Positions 32,361-43,917 of a stretch of DNA of 64,000 nucleotides are shown here, one piece after another (position 1 is the first letter of the stretch; each line of letters begins with the position of its first letter). The DNA comes from Candidatus Poribacteria bacterium (GTDB lineage: Bacteria; Poribacteria; WGA-4E; WGA-3G), in NCBI GenBank assembly GCA_965205025.1, contig CBDBFU010000032.1:64001-128000 (forward strand). Direction: 5' to 3'. The translations under genes were made by a program, and so were the position numbers. Under the pieces are notes generated by a model. It did no database searches and had not been told where the DNA came from. It saw only the letters and a program-made list of their open reading frames with translations.

Positions 32361-35300
32361 ATGAAACATATATACACGATTCTGATTATGTTTCTTATAT
32401 TAATAGGTTGTGCATCCCAACCTTCCGAATTTGTAGACATACCAGATGAAAGTTTGGCAAAAATCATTCGCCGTGAATTGGATTTGTATACATACGAACC
32501 TATACCCAAAGATAGACTAAAAGATCTAACCGAATTAACTATTGGCTATGCGAAACCACATGTAAAAAGTCTAAAAGGGTTAGAATCGGCTATAGGTCTA
32601 AAGAAACTAAGGATATATGGTTATTATGAGAAAATAGATATTAGTCCAATACGAAACTTAATAAATCTGACAGAATTAGGTCTATATCAAGTTCCCCTTA
32701 AGAATTTAAAAGCATTAAGGAATTTAACCCATTTGCGTGATTTAGGATTTGGGGATAATCGTATAAAGGACATCTCAGCAATCGTCCATTTGAAGAAACT
32801 AATAGATCTATATATTGGAAATAATCCAATCACAGATATTACACCACTAAGGGAATTAACAAACCTAACCCGATTAAGCTTTGGACAGAATCCAATTACT
32901 GATATCACACCACTAAAGGAATTAACAAACCTGACTCAATTAAGGATGGGAAATAATCAGGTCAGTGATATAAAACCACTTGCTAATCTAAAAAAACTAA
33001 CAACATTAACACTTTATGATAACCATATTAGTGATATAACACCACTATCAGAACTGACAAACCTTACAAAACTAAACATATTTCATAATAAAGTTAAGGA
33101 TATCTCACCACTGGCAGGCTTGACAGAACTAACCGCTTTAGAATTACACAATTCATTCAGTGATATCTCACCCCTTGCCGGTTTAACTAACCTTGTTGAA
33201 CTCGAACTCTATTCCAATGTAATTAGGGATATATCTGCTCTATCAAAATTAACAAAATTGACTGAATTACGTCTTGAGGAAAACTTGATATCCGATATTT
33301 CACCACTATCAGAATTGACTAACCTTACAACGCTTAGACTCCACAACAATCAGATTACTGATATTAAACCCCTGCGTAAATTGACGAATCTCCAATTATT
33401 GGAATTACACAGGAATAAAATCAGTGATGTTTCCCCACTTTCACAGATGAAACAGCTAAAAGGTTTATTCCTGGGTGGTAATCAGATTACAGACGTTACA
33501 CCATTAGTAGGATTATCTCAATTGACCCATTTGGGATTAGAATTCAACAACATTGCTGACATCAGAATTCTTGAAAATTTCAATTCTCTGAAGCAACTGA
33601 ATCTACTACAGAATCCAATACGGGAATTTACACAGATACGGAGATTACGAGAAAATAATCATGGTCTTGATATAAAGGTTCGGAACCCAAACCCAGAAGA
33701 ATGGACGAGAATTTATGGTAGACAGGAAACCCTTGACGGATTACCTTTCGGTGCTGTCCGTCGTCTGGGTAAGGGTGGTATAAATACTATGCTATTCTCA
33801 CCTGATGGCACATTACTTGCTGTCGGTACAGATACTGGTTTGCGTTTATATGAAGTATCTACAGGGAAGGAAATGGATATACCTAAGAAGAATTTTTCAC
33901 AGGTCAATTCCTTAGCATTCTCACATGATGGAAAGATATTAGCAAGTGCGGGTGTATCAAACACAAAAATTCAACTTTGGGATATTCAGAAGCAGATTGC
34001 GTATTATCCTATTCCTGTTCCATCAAATGCGCGGATTAATATGTACCCAATACATACTACACCTACAATGGCTTTTTCAAAAGACAATTCAACCCTCATC
34101 ACCATAAGTCATAATGGACTTATTAATCATTGGGACATACAAACAAGTAATAATATGGCAGCCTTAACTATTAATGCCTATACTCATGAAGGTCCAATGG
34201 CTATAAATTCTGATGGAACTAAATTCGTAAGTGGCCGTTGGGATGGTAAAATTGATCTTTGGAAAACGACAGGTGGTGAGATGGGACATTGGAAGCAGAA
34301 TATTCCTAAACTGAAGAAACCATATAAGACATTAAAAGGACATTCCCGTACCTTTGACAATAATAGTTGGATTGCCAAACTGTTTAAGATTAGAAGGGAT
34401 TCAGATATTATGTCAATCACCTTCTCTCCAGATGGTAAAAAACTTGCTACAGGAAGTATGGACACCGATGTTCAATTGTGGGATGCCGTCAAGAACAAGA
34501 AACTTAAGACATTTCAGGGACATACAGGTTGGGTTACCGCTATAGCAATTTCAAAGGATGGAAAATACCTTGCAAGCGGTGACACAGATAGTGTTGTCCG
34601 AATTTGGGATGCAGATAAAGGTTCTGAATTGGCATTCCTGGAGGAACACAGGAACTGCATTCTATCACTTGCTTTTACACCGGATGGAAAAACACTTGCC
34701 AGTGGAAGCGCGGATGGAACAATACGATTTTGGAATACAAGCACTGGTGAATTAATCTCTGTTTTTGCAAACGATCATACAGAGTCTGTCAGACATGTTG
34801 TATTTTCAGGAAATGGACAAAATATATCGAGGGTTATGTTCAATGGAAAGGTAAAACAAAATGAGATTGAAACAGGAGATGAAATCTATACTTTCACACC
34901 AGATAATAAAGAAATATTGACAGCAACTACAATATCCGCAGACGTTTCACTCTTAGCAACTTATGAGTTAGACCATGTAATAGCATTTAATCATCATGGC
35001 ACAAAGACTAAAATGAGATACCATAGATATGAAATTCCTCGTGGATATACAACCTACAAAAAAGAAAATGAAATTTCATTATGGAATTTACTGAGTGGCG
35101 AGAAACACAGTTCTATCATCGGAGGACGAGGCATGGTCATCTCTCCCGATAACAGTATACTCGCCAGTAGAACATCCGATAAAATACGATTATGGGATAT
35201 TGAGAAAGAAATTGAACGTTCTCCTATAATAACCGATAATGAATCTTTTCTGTTTTCTCCTGATGGTTCACTACTAATAATTGAGGGAGACCCTTTTGAT

Positions 35301-35774
35301 AAATCAGCACAGATATTTGATGTAAAAAAACAGCAAAATATCGCCACAATACATCAACGATGTGAACCTTTAGCATTCTCACCTGACGGTTCGAAGCTTG
35401 TCTGTAAGAGTGGTTTTGGAGGTTATATATTAGACCTTACAATTCCAACCGAACCGCATATTTTCGACGAGATAGATTTATTTATAACCAATATCTATGC
35501 GGCTACATTTTCCCCAGACAATACAATTCTCTTAGATACAGCATATCTGTTATATGACTGGTATAGTCACGCGGAGATTCAATTGTGGGATATGGATACA
35601 GGAGAAAAACTACATAAACTCCACGGACATACAGAACCGATAAATTCTCTTACATTTTCTCCTGATGGAAAAACGCTTGCCAGTGCTTCTGAAGACGGTA
35701 CCGTTCTGCTATGGGATTGGGATGAAATAATGGCAGATGTTATTCTTGAAAATAGATATCCAAATGATCGTTAG
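32361..35774 (+). CDS. Lipoprotein with internalin-like 22-aa LRRs fused to WD40 propellers
   Basis: Lipobox LILIGC, about 15 xLxLxxNxIxDIxPL repeats, then GLPFGAVRRLGKG and FSPDG...LASGS.DGT..LWD repeats. Confidence 0.9.
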   Translation: MKHIYTILIMFLILIGCASQPSEFVDIPDESLAKIIRRELDLYTYEPIPKDRLKDLTELTIGYAKPHVKSLKGLESAIGLKKLRIYGYYEKIDISPIRNLINLTELGLYQVPLKNLKALRNLTHLRDLGFGDNRIKDISAIVHLKKLIDLYIGNNPITDITPLRELTNLTRLSFGQNPITDITPLKELTNLTQLRMGNNQVSDIKPLANLKKLTTLTLYDNHISDITPLSELTNLTKLNIFHNKVKDISPLAGLTELTALELHNSFSDISPLAGLTNLVELELYSNVIRDISALSKLTKLTELRLEENLISDISPLSELTNLTTLRLHNNQITDIKPLRKLTNLQLLELHRNKISDVSPLSQMKQLKGLFLGGNQITDVTPLVGLSQLTHLGLEFNNIADIRILENFNSLKQLNLLQNPIREFTQIRRLRENNHGLDIKVRNPNPEEWTRIYGRQETLDGLPFGAVRRLGKGGINTMLFSPDGTLLAVGTDTGLRLYEVSTGKEMDIPKKNFSQVNSLAFSHDGKILASAGVSNTKIQLWDIQKQIAYYPIPVPSNARINMYPIHTTPTMAFSKDNSTLITISHNGLINHWDIQTSNNMAALTINAYTHEGPMAINSDGTKFVSGRWDGKIDLWKTTGGEMGHWKQNIPKLKKPYKTLKGHSRTFDNNSWIAKLFKIRRDSDIMSITFSPDGKKLATGSMDTDVQLWDAVKNKKLKTFQGHTGWVTAIAISKDGKYLASGDTDSVVRIWDADKGSELAFLEEHRNCILSLAFTPDGKTLASGSADGTIRFWNTSTGELISVFANDHTESVRHVVFSGNGQNISRVMFNGKVKQNEIETGDEIYTFTPDNKEILTATTISADVSLLATYELDHVIAFNHHGTKTKMRYHRYEIPRGYTTYKKENEISLWNLLSGEKHSSIIGGRGMVISPDNSILASRTSDKIRLWDIEKEIERSPIITDNESFLFSPDGSLLIIEGDPFDKSAQIFDVKKQQNIATIHQRCEPLAFSPDGSKLVCKSGFGGYILDLTIPTEPHIFDEIDLFITNIYAATFSPDNTILLDTAYLLYDWYSHAEIQLWDMDTGEKLHKLHGHTEPINSLTFSPDGKTLASASEDGTVLLWDWDEIMADVILENRYPNDR

Positions 35775-35845
35775 TCTTGTTAGGAAGGATCTTATCAAAA
35801 AGTATACTTTGATAGGATTTCATACGTCCTGAAATAGGTAGATCT

Positions 35846-38062
35846 CTATAACGAGTTGAGATTAATTGGAACAATCCAACCCTTGGTATTCGCTGGTTTA
35901 TAGATCTTCCCTTGCAGATAATCGGATGTGTGCCATATACAGAGATGATTTCCATCAGGCATCCATACCATTGATGCAAGTTTCATTGAAGTACGCGCAA
36001 TAGGATATTTCTTACCACTATCCAGATCATAAATCCATACTTTCCATCGCAATCCAAAACAATCTTCTCGTTCTAAATATGCTAACAGATTGCCGTTTGG
36101 TGACCAAGCAGGCATTGTGTGATTGAGAATCTGATGTTTTGATACCTCTTTGTTGACATCAGCAATGTATAGTCGTTTATCGTAAACTGCGTCTGTCTTA
36201 TTACTTCCTGAAAGCACATAAGTAATACGGTTCCCATCAGATGACCATCTAATTTGACGGGCGTTTTGATGACGACTTCCAAAGTGTTTTATATTTTCTC
36301 CATCTACACCTTGTATTCGAACTGCAGCATATTTTACAGGCATGTTGCCAACTCTTGTTTCATGGACACTCTCGAATGCAACCCTATCCCCATCTGGGGA
36401 CCAGGTAGGAGGATGTAGATAAGTATAGTTATAACGAGATGTCTTATATTTACCGCGTGCAATGTTCTTGCCTCCGCTACCATCACTATTTATACGATAA
36501 ACATAATCGGAACCTTTCTCACGTCGTCTAAATGCCAATTGGTTGGCAACAGGTGACCATGCTGGAGCAGCACCTCGGACCAATTTTCTTATCTCTCCTA
36601 ATTTCCAATCTACAGTATAAATATAACCCTCATTATCTACATCTACCTCAAACGCCAATAGTCGACTATCCAATGACCAAGATACATAGGGATTGTAGAA
36701 ATCACCTGAATATAGTTGTTTCGCTTGTTTCCCATTTTTGTCCATTATCCACAGTTCATGTGCTTTCCAATAACTTCCACTTAGATCGTTCCTCTTTAGC
36801 ATTGCAACATATTCACCATTTGGACTCCAAGATGGATATTCTGCCCCATCAATTAGATCTAAAAGTTGAGGTGTTCCACAGAAGTTTGTATTGAACAGTA
36901 TACCTTCAGTTTCTTCGAATTGTCCAAAGGCAAGTTTATCCAACCAAGCGAGTTCTTTATTAGGTAATAAAACCTGATACCAATCCCCTAAAGTGTTGAA
37001 TATTGGTAATTTTCTCCCATCATTGAGAAGAAACAGTGGAGAAGATTCGTCTTTTTTATTATATACAGGTGCGTTATCTTTTGCTACCAGACCATATATA
37101 CGATGACTGTCGATTGAAACAATGCTGTCTGAATCATTGGAAAATGCATAAACCGTTCCATCTAAAGATGTGATATAGAGTATACCGTTTGAAATAGCAG
37201 GTGCAGCATCCACAGGTCCACCGACTTGATGTGTCCATATCTCAGTCTTAGACCTTGCATCAAATGCATGAATCTTCCCTGTTCGGGACCCAATATAGAC
37301 ATAACCATTTGCGATAACAGGAAAACTCTTACTGGCTTCTGTATTACTCCGCCATACATTCGCGTTATATTGAGCATTGATTGGACTAAACTCCGCATTT
37401 GCACAACGATATCCGATCCCATTTATTGAAACAGAGTTCTTCCGTTCCGATGTAATTTTACCCGTAATTGCATCCAATAGATATATATGTGTAGGAAACG
37501 TACCAGCATATACTATTCCATCAAATACAACAGGAGGTGAATCCATCCAACTCTTCGATTTGAATTCCCAAAGTTTGTCTCCTGACATCGCATCAAGGGC
37601 AATTATTCTATGATCCCTTGTATTGAAGAATACCCGTCCACCCCATATAGCGGCCGAATATCTGATTGCACTTTGGGCATTAAATACCCATTTGATTTCC
37701 CACTCTTTGGCATTAAGGGCATAGAGTTTACCATCCTCAGATCCGATATATACGATTCCGTATGCAACTGCCGGGGATGCATTAATTGGACCACCTGTCT
37801 TAAATTTCCATAACTGATTGAGTGGTGGTTTTAAGCTCTTATCTGGACTACGACCTGAAAACTGTAGATCGTTCATGAACATAGACCAATCCAAGGCACC
37901 AGTATGTATAATTGCTGGGGCATGAACTTCAGGAGATTCTGCTTTAGGTGTTTGGGCAGGAGATCGTTCAGGTTTGTCTTGAGGATTACAACTGTGAAAG
38001 AAGTGACAGAGAACAAACAAAAATAGAAGTGATATGACTTTGTTGAAGTGGGACATAGACAC
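35846..38062 (-). CDS. Lipoprotein: PQQ-like/BamB propeller + SH3-like segment + TolB/PD40 propeller
   Basis: FHSC lipobox-like site, VYIGSEDGKLYAL repeats, GDWYQVLLP and PSWSPNG/PTWSPDG repeats. Confidence 0.8.
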   Translation of the reverse strand: MSMSHFNKVISLLFLFVLCHFFHSCNPQDKPERSPAQTPKAESPEVHAPAIIHTGALDWSMFMNDLQFSGRSPDKSLKPPLNQLWKFKTGGPINASPAVAYGIVYIGSEDGKLYALNAKEWEIKWVFNAQSAIRYSAAIWGGRVFFNTRDHRIIALDAMSGDKLWEFKSKSWMDSPPVVFDGIVYAGTFPTHIYLLDAITGKITSERKNSVSINGIGYRCANAEFSPINAQYNANVWRSNTEASKSFPVIANGYVYIGSRTGKIHAFDARSKTEIWTHQVGGPVDAAPAISNGILYITSLDGTVYAFSNDSDSIVSIDSHRIYGLVAKDNAPVYNKKDESSPLFLLNDGRKLPIFNTLGDWYQVLLPNKELAWLDKLAFGQFEETEGILFNTNFCGTPQLLDLIDGAEYPSWSPNGEYVAMLKRNDLSGSYWKAHELWIMDKNGKQAKQLYSGDFYNPYVSWSLDSRLLAFEVDVDNEGYIYTVDWKLGEIRKLVRGAAPAWSPVANQLAFRRREKGSDYVYRINSDGSGGKNIARGKYKTSRYNYTYLHPPTWSPDGDRVAFESVHETRVGNMPVKYAAVRIQGVDGENIKHFGSRHQNARQIRWSSDGNRITYVLSGSNKTDAVYDKRLYIADVNKEVSKHQILNHTMPAWSPNGNLLAYLEREDCFGLRWKVWIYDLDSGKKYPIARTSMKLASMVWMPDGNHLCIWHTSDYLQGKIYKPANTKGWIVPINLNSL

Positions 38063-38112
38063 GGAATTAGCGATGTTGGTAGTAAATTGAGGTAACGAAA
38101 ATCCGTTACACT

Positions 38113-38176
38113 AATATAGCATGTTGGAAATGTTGTGTCAAGTTTACTTGAAAATCGCTAAAAATTGTGGTAAAAT
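38113..38176. promoter_or_regulatory. Back-to-back divergent sigma70 promoters
   Basis: Minus strand: TTGACA-N17-TATATT (38141-38113). Plus strand: TTGAAA-N17-TAAAAT with an extended TG (38148-38176). Confidence 0.6.
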
Positions 38177-38215
38177 TCTTCTTTTATGACAAGAATAGAT
38201 GTCAAGTAATAGACA

Positions 38216-39478
38216 GTGAGTATTATGAATAAATTATTGGCAGAAGTTGATCCACAGGTTGTTGAAATTACCGCCAAGGACTTGGCACGACAACAAAATA
38301 CCTTGATGTTAATTCCATCGGAGAACTATGCCAGCCGCGCAGTGATGGAAATACAGGGGAGTATCCTTGCCAACAAATATGCGGAAGGATATCCAGGTGA
38401 GCGCTACTATAACGGATGCGAGTTTATGGATGATGTCGAATCGCTTGCTATTGAACGTGCTAAAGCACTTTTCGGTGCTGAACATGTCAATGTACAACCC
38501 CACGCTGGGAGTCAAGCGAATATGGCAGTCTACCATGCACTTCTTGAACCGGGAGATACCATTCTTGGTATGTCTCTTAGTCAAGGTGGACATCTCACCC
38601 ATGGTGCCACTGTAAATTTCTCAGGAAACCTATACAACATTGCAGCATACGGTGTGAATGCTGATACCGAACTGATTGACATGGATGAGGTAGGTCGTTT
38701 GGCAAAAGAGCATCACCCCAAACTTATTGTTGTGGGAGCAACAGCCTACCCACGTCATTTTGACTTTGCAGCATGGCGACAGGTTGCCGATTCAGTAGGC
38801 GCATTTTTGTTGACAGATATAGCACATATTGCAGGTCTTATCGCTGGTGGTGCACATCCTGATCCTGTTCCCTATAGCGATGTGGTAACAACAACCACCC
38901 ATAAAACTCTTCGCGGACCTCGCGGGGCAATGATTATGTGTAAGGCTGAATATGCGGATAAAATTGATCGTGCTGTATTTCCCGGATTACAAGGTGGACC
39001 TTTTCTACATACAATCGCTGCAAGAGCTGTTGCATTCAAAGAAGCAAGCGAACCAGAATTCAAAACATATCAAGAACAAATAGTTAAAAACGCAAAAGCA
39101 CTCGCAGCACGGCTCATTGAAAATGGGTTTCGATTAGTTAGTGGGGGAACAGATAATCATCTAATGTTAATAGACCTTACATCGAAATATGAGAAAATGA
39201 GTGGACGACAAGCTGCAGATCATTTGGAAGATGCCGGTATAATTGTCAATAAGAATACAATTCCATTCGATAAAAGGAAACCAAAGACAACCAGTGGACT
39301 ACGACTTGGTACACCAATGGTCACCACACGTGGAATGGAAGAAGATGCTATGGTACAAATTGCAGATTTTATTACTGAGGCACTTGAGGGAAGACAGAAA
39401 AACTCTATTAAACAGCGTATCCAAGATAAGGTTAAGGAATTTTGCGCGCAATTCCCTATTTATGAATATCTGAATTAA
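38216..39478 (+). CDS. glyA: Serine hydroxymethyltransferase
   Basis: [22 protein letters not shown] and [13 protein letters not shown]. Confidence 0.98.
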   Translation: MSIMNKLLAEVDPQVVEITAKDLARQQNTLMLIPSENYASRAVMEIQGSILANKYAEGYPGERYYNGCEFMDDVESLAIERAKALFGAEHVNVQPHAGSQANMAVYHALLEPGDTILGMSLSQGGHLTHGATVNFSGNLYNIAAYGVNADTELIDMDEVGRLAKEHHPKLIVVGATAYPRHFDFAAWRQVADSVGAFLLTDIAHIAGLIAGGAHPDPVPYSDVVTTTTHKTLRGPRGAMIMCKAEYADKIDRAVFPGLQGGPFLHTIAARAVAFKEASEPEFKTYQEQIVKNAKALAARLIENGFRLVSGGTDNHLMLIDLTSKYEKMSGRQAADHLEDAGIIVNKNTIPFDKRKPKTTSGLRLGTPMVTTRGMEEDAMVQIADFITEALEGRQKNSIKQRIQDKVKEFCAQFPIYEYLN

Positions 39479-39516
39479 GTACAGTAGGTATACCCAAAAG
39501 GGAAATACTAAAGAAA

Positions 39517-40899
39517 TTGCACTATAACGCTGCACTCGCCTATATTGAGCAGTTCATTGACTATGAAAGAAGTCCTGACTTTTCTCGACAGGCACGATTC
39601 TATAATCTAAATCGTATATCCCAATTACTTGAACTGCTTGGTAACCCACACGAAAAATTGAAAGTTGTCCATGTAGCAGGGAGTAAGGGTAAAGGGTCAA
39701 CTGCTGCAATCATCGCATCTATCCTAACACATGCAGGCTATAAGACAGGTTTATTTACATCACCACATCTTATTACGCCACGTGAACGATGTCGTATTGA
39801 TAATGACCTGATTTCTGAAGAAGAATTTGCACACTATCTTAAAAAAATAAGAACCGCAATTGAAACCGTTTCCAACTCAGAATACGGAAGAGTTTCATTT
39901 TTTGAGATATATACAGCACTCGCTTTTACCTATTTTGTGGATAAAGAAACAGACTTCGCTGTAATTGAAGTTGGGTTAGGCGGTCGACTTGATGCAACAA
40001 ATGTCGTATCACCGGTCATATCTGTCATTACTCCGATAGGGTTAGAACATACGGAGATATTGGGAGAGACTTATTTTGAAATAGCAGGCGAAAAAGCAGA
40101 AATCATCAAGGATGGATGTCCTGTGGCACTTGCCCCCCAACACCCGGATGCTCATAGAGTTTTCGATCAAGTTGCAAATGAGCGAAATTCACCTACAATT
40201 AAAGTAAAGAATATTGATGATCAAGACACTTATAAAATAAATATTAAGCATAAACTCGATTCTGAAAGAATACCTATAGCACAGCAATTTGATATAATAA
40301 CGAATTCGGATAGTTATCAAGGTCTTATATTATCTCTGATCGGATACCATCAGTATGTAAATGCTGCGACTGCAATTGCAGCGATTGAATGTTTAGAATT
40401 ACAAGGATATACAATTAAGAAAGAATCCATGTATGAAGGATTTCGAAATGTACAGTGGGATGGTCGTCTTCAAAGGATGAAATCTTCACCACTTGTAATT
40501 CTGGATGGAGCACATTCTCCTGTTTCGATGGAAGCACTAACACGCTCCATTCGCAATACATACCGTTACGCGCAAGTGGTTTTCATCGTTAGTTTAATGA
40601 GAGATAAAGATATTGCTGAAATTGGAAGAATCATCTCAAAAATTGCGGATTCCGTTGTAATCACACAAGTTTCAGATAACCCACGTGTCATACCAGCAGA
40701 TATTATCAAAAATACTTGGACAGACATTTGCATGAAAGTAGATACATGTCCAAACCCAGAAGAAGCAATAACAATAGAATTAGCAAACGCATCACCGACA
40801 GACTTAATATGTATTACAGGTTCACTCTACCTTGTCGGACAAGCACTTGAATTGTTCAAAACGAAATATGAACTAAAAAGAGAGGTTATTAATGCGTGA
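39517..40899 (+). CDS. folC: Folylpolyglutamate synthase / dihydrofolate synthase
   Basis: HVAGSKGKGS, FTSPHL, EVGLGGRLDATN, LDGAHS and TGSLYLVG. Confidence 0.95.
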   Translation: MHYNAALAYIEQFIDYERSPDFSRQARFYNLNRISQLLELLGNPHEKLKVVHVAGSKGKGSTAAIIASILTHAGYKTGLFTSPHLITPRERCRIDNDLISEEEFAHYLKKIRTAIETVSNSEYGRVSFFEIYTALAFTYFVDKETDFAVIEVGLGGRLDATNVVSPVISVITPIGLEHTEILGETYFEIAGEKAEIIKDGCPVALAPQHPDAHRVFDQVANERNSPTIKVKNIDDQDTYKINIKHKLDSERIPIAQQFDIITNSDSYQGLILSLIGYHQYVNAATAIAAIECLELQGYTIKKESMYEGFRNVQWDGRLQRMKSSPLVILDGAHSPVSMEALTRSIRNTYRYAQVVFIVSLMRDKDIAEIGRIISKIADSVVITQVSDNPRVIPADIIKNTWTDICMKVDTCPNPEEAITIELANASPTDLICITGSLYLVGQALELFKTKYELKREVINA

Positions 40900-43259
40900 A
40901 ATTAATTGCCAAAGAAGGTGGCTAAATTGGAAGTTATTTTTAACATGCTTACCCATATTTAGTTTAGCCACCACGGCTTTTGGCCAAACACCAACAGACC
41001 CTCACCCACCAATTCCAGGTATTTGGTGGATTGCCCCTATTGGGGCACTCATTGCTTTAGTTTTTGCATACTTTTTTTACCGCTCCGTGATGAAACAGGA
41101 CGAAGGTAATGAAACTATGCAGGATATTGCACAATCTGTTCGTGAGGGCGCAATGGCGTATCTCAGACAACAGTATAAAGTCGTAGGAATTGTTTTCGCT
41201 GTTCTCTGCATCATTTTTATCTTCATGGCTTTTATCCTTAAAGCACAAAATGAAGTCATCCCGTTTGCCTTCCTTACAGGAGGGTTTTTCTCTGGTCTAT
41301 GCGGTTTCCTTGGAATGAAAACCGCTACGAATGCTTCCGCACGCACCACAAGTGCTGCTATGCAGGGACTCAACTCCGGTTTAAAGGTGTCGTTCCGGGC
41401 AGGTGCGGTCATGGGATTGATAGTCGTAGGGTTTGCACTCTTGGATATTACTGGATGGTTTTTGATATTATATTACTTATTCCCAAAAATATTACCAAAT
41501 TTCTTAGGGGATAACCCACTACCCCAAATAACAGTTATTATGCTCAGTTTTGGTATGGGTGCTTCAACACAAGCTCTGTTTGCACGTGTAGGAGGTGGAA
41601 TCTATACAAAAGCTGCAGATGTTGGCGCTGATCTTGTCGGAAAGGTTGAAGCAGGGATTCCTGAAGATGATCCTCGAAATCCTGCTACAATTGCTGATAA
41701 TGTTGGCGATAATGTCGGAGATGTCGCAGGTATGGGTGCTGATCTCTACGAATCATACGCAGGCTCAATCCTTGCTACCGCTGCCCTTGGGGTTGCTGCT
41801 ATTGCTGCAAAAGAACATGATAACCTATTACTCCAGTTGAAATATCTATCTGCTCCTATGATTATTGCGGGTATAGGTGTAATCCTATCAATCATTGGTA
41901 TTTATATGGTACGCACAAAAGAAGGTGCAACCATGCGTCAGTTAATGGGTTCACTCAACCTTGGTATAAATGGGAGTGCTTTAGGTATTGCTATAGTTTC
42001 TCTACCTGTCTTGATTTATCTTGATCTTCCGAATAAATGGCAGATTTGGGGTGCAATTGTTACAGGACTTGTAGCAGGAATAATTATCGGTAAAGTTACC
42101 GAGATATTTACCTCACATGAATATAAACCTACACGTGCCATAGCAAAACAGGCACAAACTGGTCCAGCAACAGTTATTATAGAAGGTATTGCTGTCGGCA
42201 TGGAATCAACTGCAATCCCTGTGATAACGATAATCGCTGGTGTTGCCATAAGCTACTATCTGCCGGGGGGAACGAATGAACCATTGATGGGACTTTACGG
42301 TGTCGGTATCGCTGCAGTCGGTATGTTGGCAACCCTGGGGGATCACTCTTGCTACGGATGCTTACGGTCCAATCGCTGATAACGCCGGTGGAAATGCTGA
42401 GATGTCTCAGCTTGACGAGAGTGTTAGAGGACGTACAGATCAATTGGATGCACTCGGAAATACCACTGCCGCAACAGGTAAAGGTTTTGCTATTGGTTCA
42501 GCAGCACTCACTGCCCTGGCACTTCTTGCTGCATATCTTGAAGAGATACGATACGGTCTTATCCATTTAGCAGGAAAAACCCAATTGGAGATTCCAGGTG
42601 AAGGGAGTGTTGATACATTAAAGGTTTCTGTAAGCCAATTTATGGATTACTATAATGTAACTTTGATGAATCCTCAAGTTCTCATAGGATTGTTCATCGG
42701 TGCTGTCATGGCGTTCTACTTCTGTGCATTAACAATGAAAGCTGTTGGACGCGCAGCGGGTGCTATGGTAGAAGAGGTGCGTCGTCAATTCCGTGAAAAA
42801 CCGGGTATTATGGAAGGCACAGAAAAACCGGATTACGCAAGGTGTGTTGAGATCTCCACTGCTGGAGCACAACGCGAGATGATATACCCATCCCTAATTG
42901 CTATTATTGTTCCTGTCGCTGTCGGATTACTCTTCAATGTCGCTGGTGTTCTTGGACTACTTGCAGGTGGATTAGCTTCAGGTTTCGTTTTGGCAATCAT
43001 GATGGCAAATGCTGGCGGTGCTTGGGACAATGCTAAGAAGTTCATTGAAGAAGGTAGTCATGAAGAAGAATACGGTGGAAAAGGATCTGAACAGCACAAA
43101 GCAACTATTGTAGGTGATACTGTTGGTGATCCGTTTAAAGATACTTCCGGTCCTTCTCTAAACATCCTTATCAAGTTAATGTCTATGGTCTCAGTAGTTT
43201 TTGCAGGTCTTATCGCAAAATATGGTCATGTAGTTAGCACTTGGATTGGAATGCAGTAA
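40892..43259 (+). CDS. hppA: K+-dependent membrane pyrophosphatase (Na+,H+-PPase signature); apparent +1 frameshift in the G5 run near 42338
   Basis: [46 protein letters not shown] and [14 protein letters not shown]. Confidence 0.95.
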
Positions 43260-43301
43260 AATTAGTTACCTGTTTCAATTGGATAAAATGGAGAATTAAG
43301 T

Positions 43302-43808
43302 ATGAGAATCAGAAATAATATCAGTATCATTCTATGCTTTTTAGTCTTCTGCACAATTGCATGTGAAAAATCACCGAATGCTATGAAGGATACTCTATCT
43401 GTCTCTAACGACAATACAGAACCTATAGACACAATTTATACTGGTAATGTAGTTATTGGCGAGATGGATAAGAAGTATGGTATTGATCCTTTCGAACTCA
43501 ATTCCGCTGTGATACAAGATGATTTCTTGAAAGTCAACGTGTCCTATAGTGGTGGATGCAAAATCCACGAATTTACTTTGGTTTCATCAGGTGTATTTCT
43601 TGAATCACATCCTGTACAACTCATGGTTTCTATTGCTCATAATGCCAATAACGACTCGTGTGAAGCATACCCCACTGAAGATTACAGTTTTGATCTAACA
43701 CCTATCAAGACAATATATCAGAAAGCTTACCAACAGGATGCAGGTACGATTGTAATTCGTCTCAAAGATTATACCAACGGGGACCTTGTCTACAAATTTG
43801 ACAACTAA
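43302..43808 (+). CDS. Hypothetical lipoprotein
   Basis: Signal peptide ending TIAC, GGAG RBS and YSGGCKIHEF...DSCEA. Confidence 0.7.
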   Translation: MRIRNNISIILCFLVFCTIACEKSPNAMKDTLSVSNDNTEPIDTIYTGNVVIGEMDKKYGIDPFELNSAVIQDDFLKVNVSYSGGCKIHEFTLVSSGVFLESHPVQLMVSIAHNANNDSCEAYPTEDYSFDLTPIKTIYQKAYQQDAGTIVIRLKDYTNGDLVYKFDN

Positions 43809-43917
43809 ACCTATCTTAGAGATAATTATCAACCATTAGAACTATAAGAATTTCAAATTCTACTTTAACAGTCCTATCTCTACACCCGTTTTATAAACTC
43901 TTAGGAGAATACAGAAA

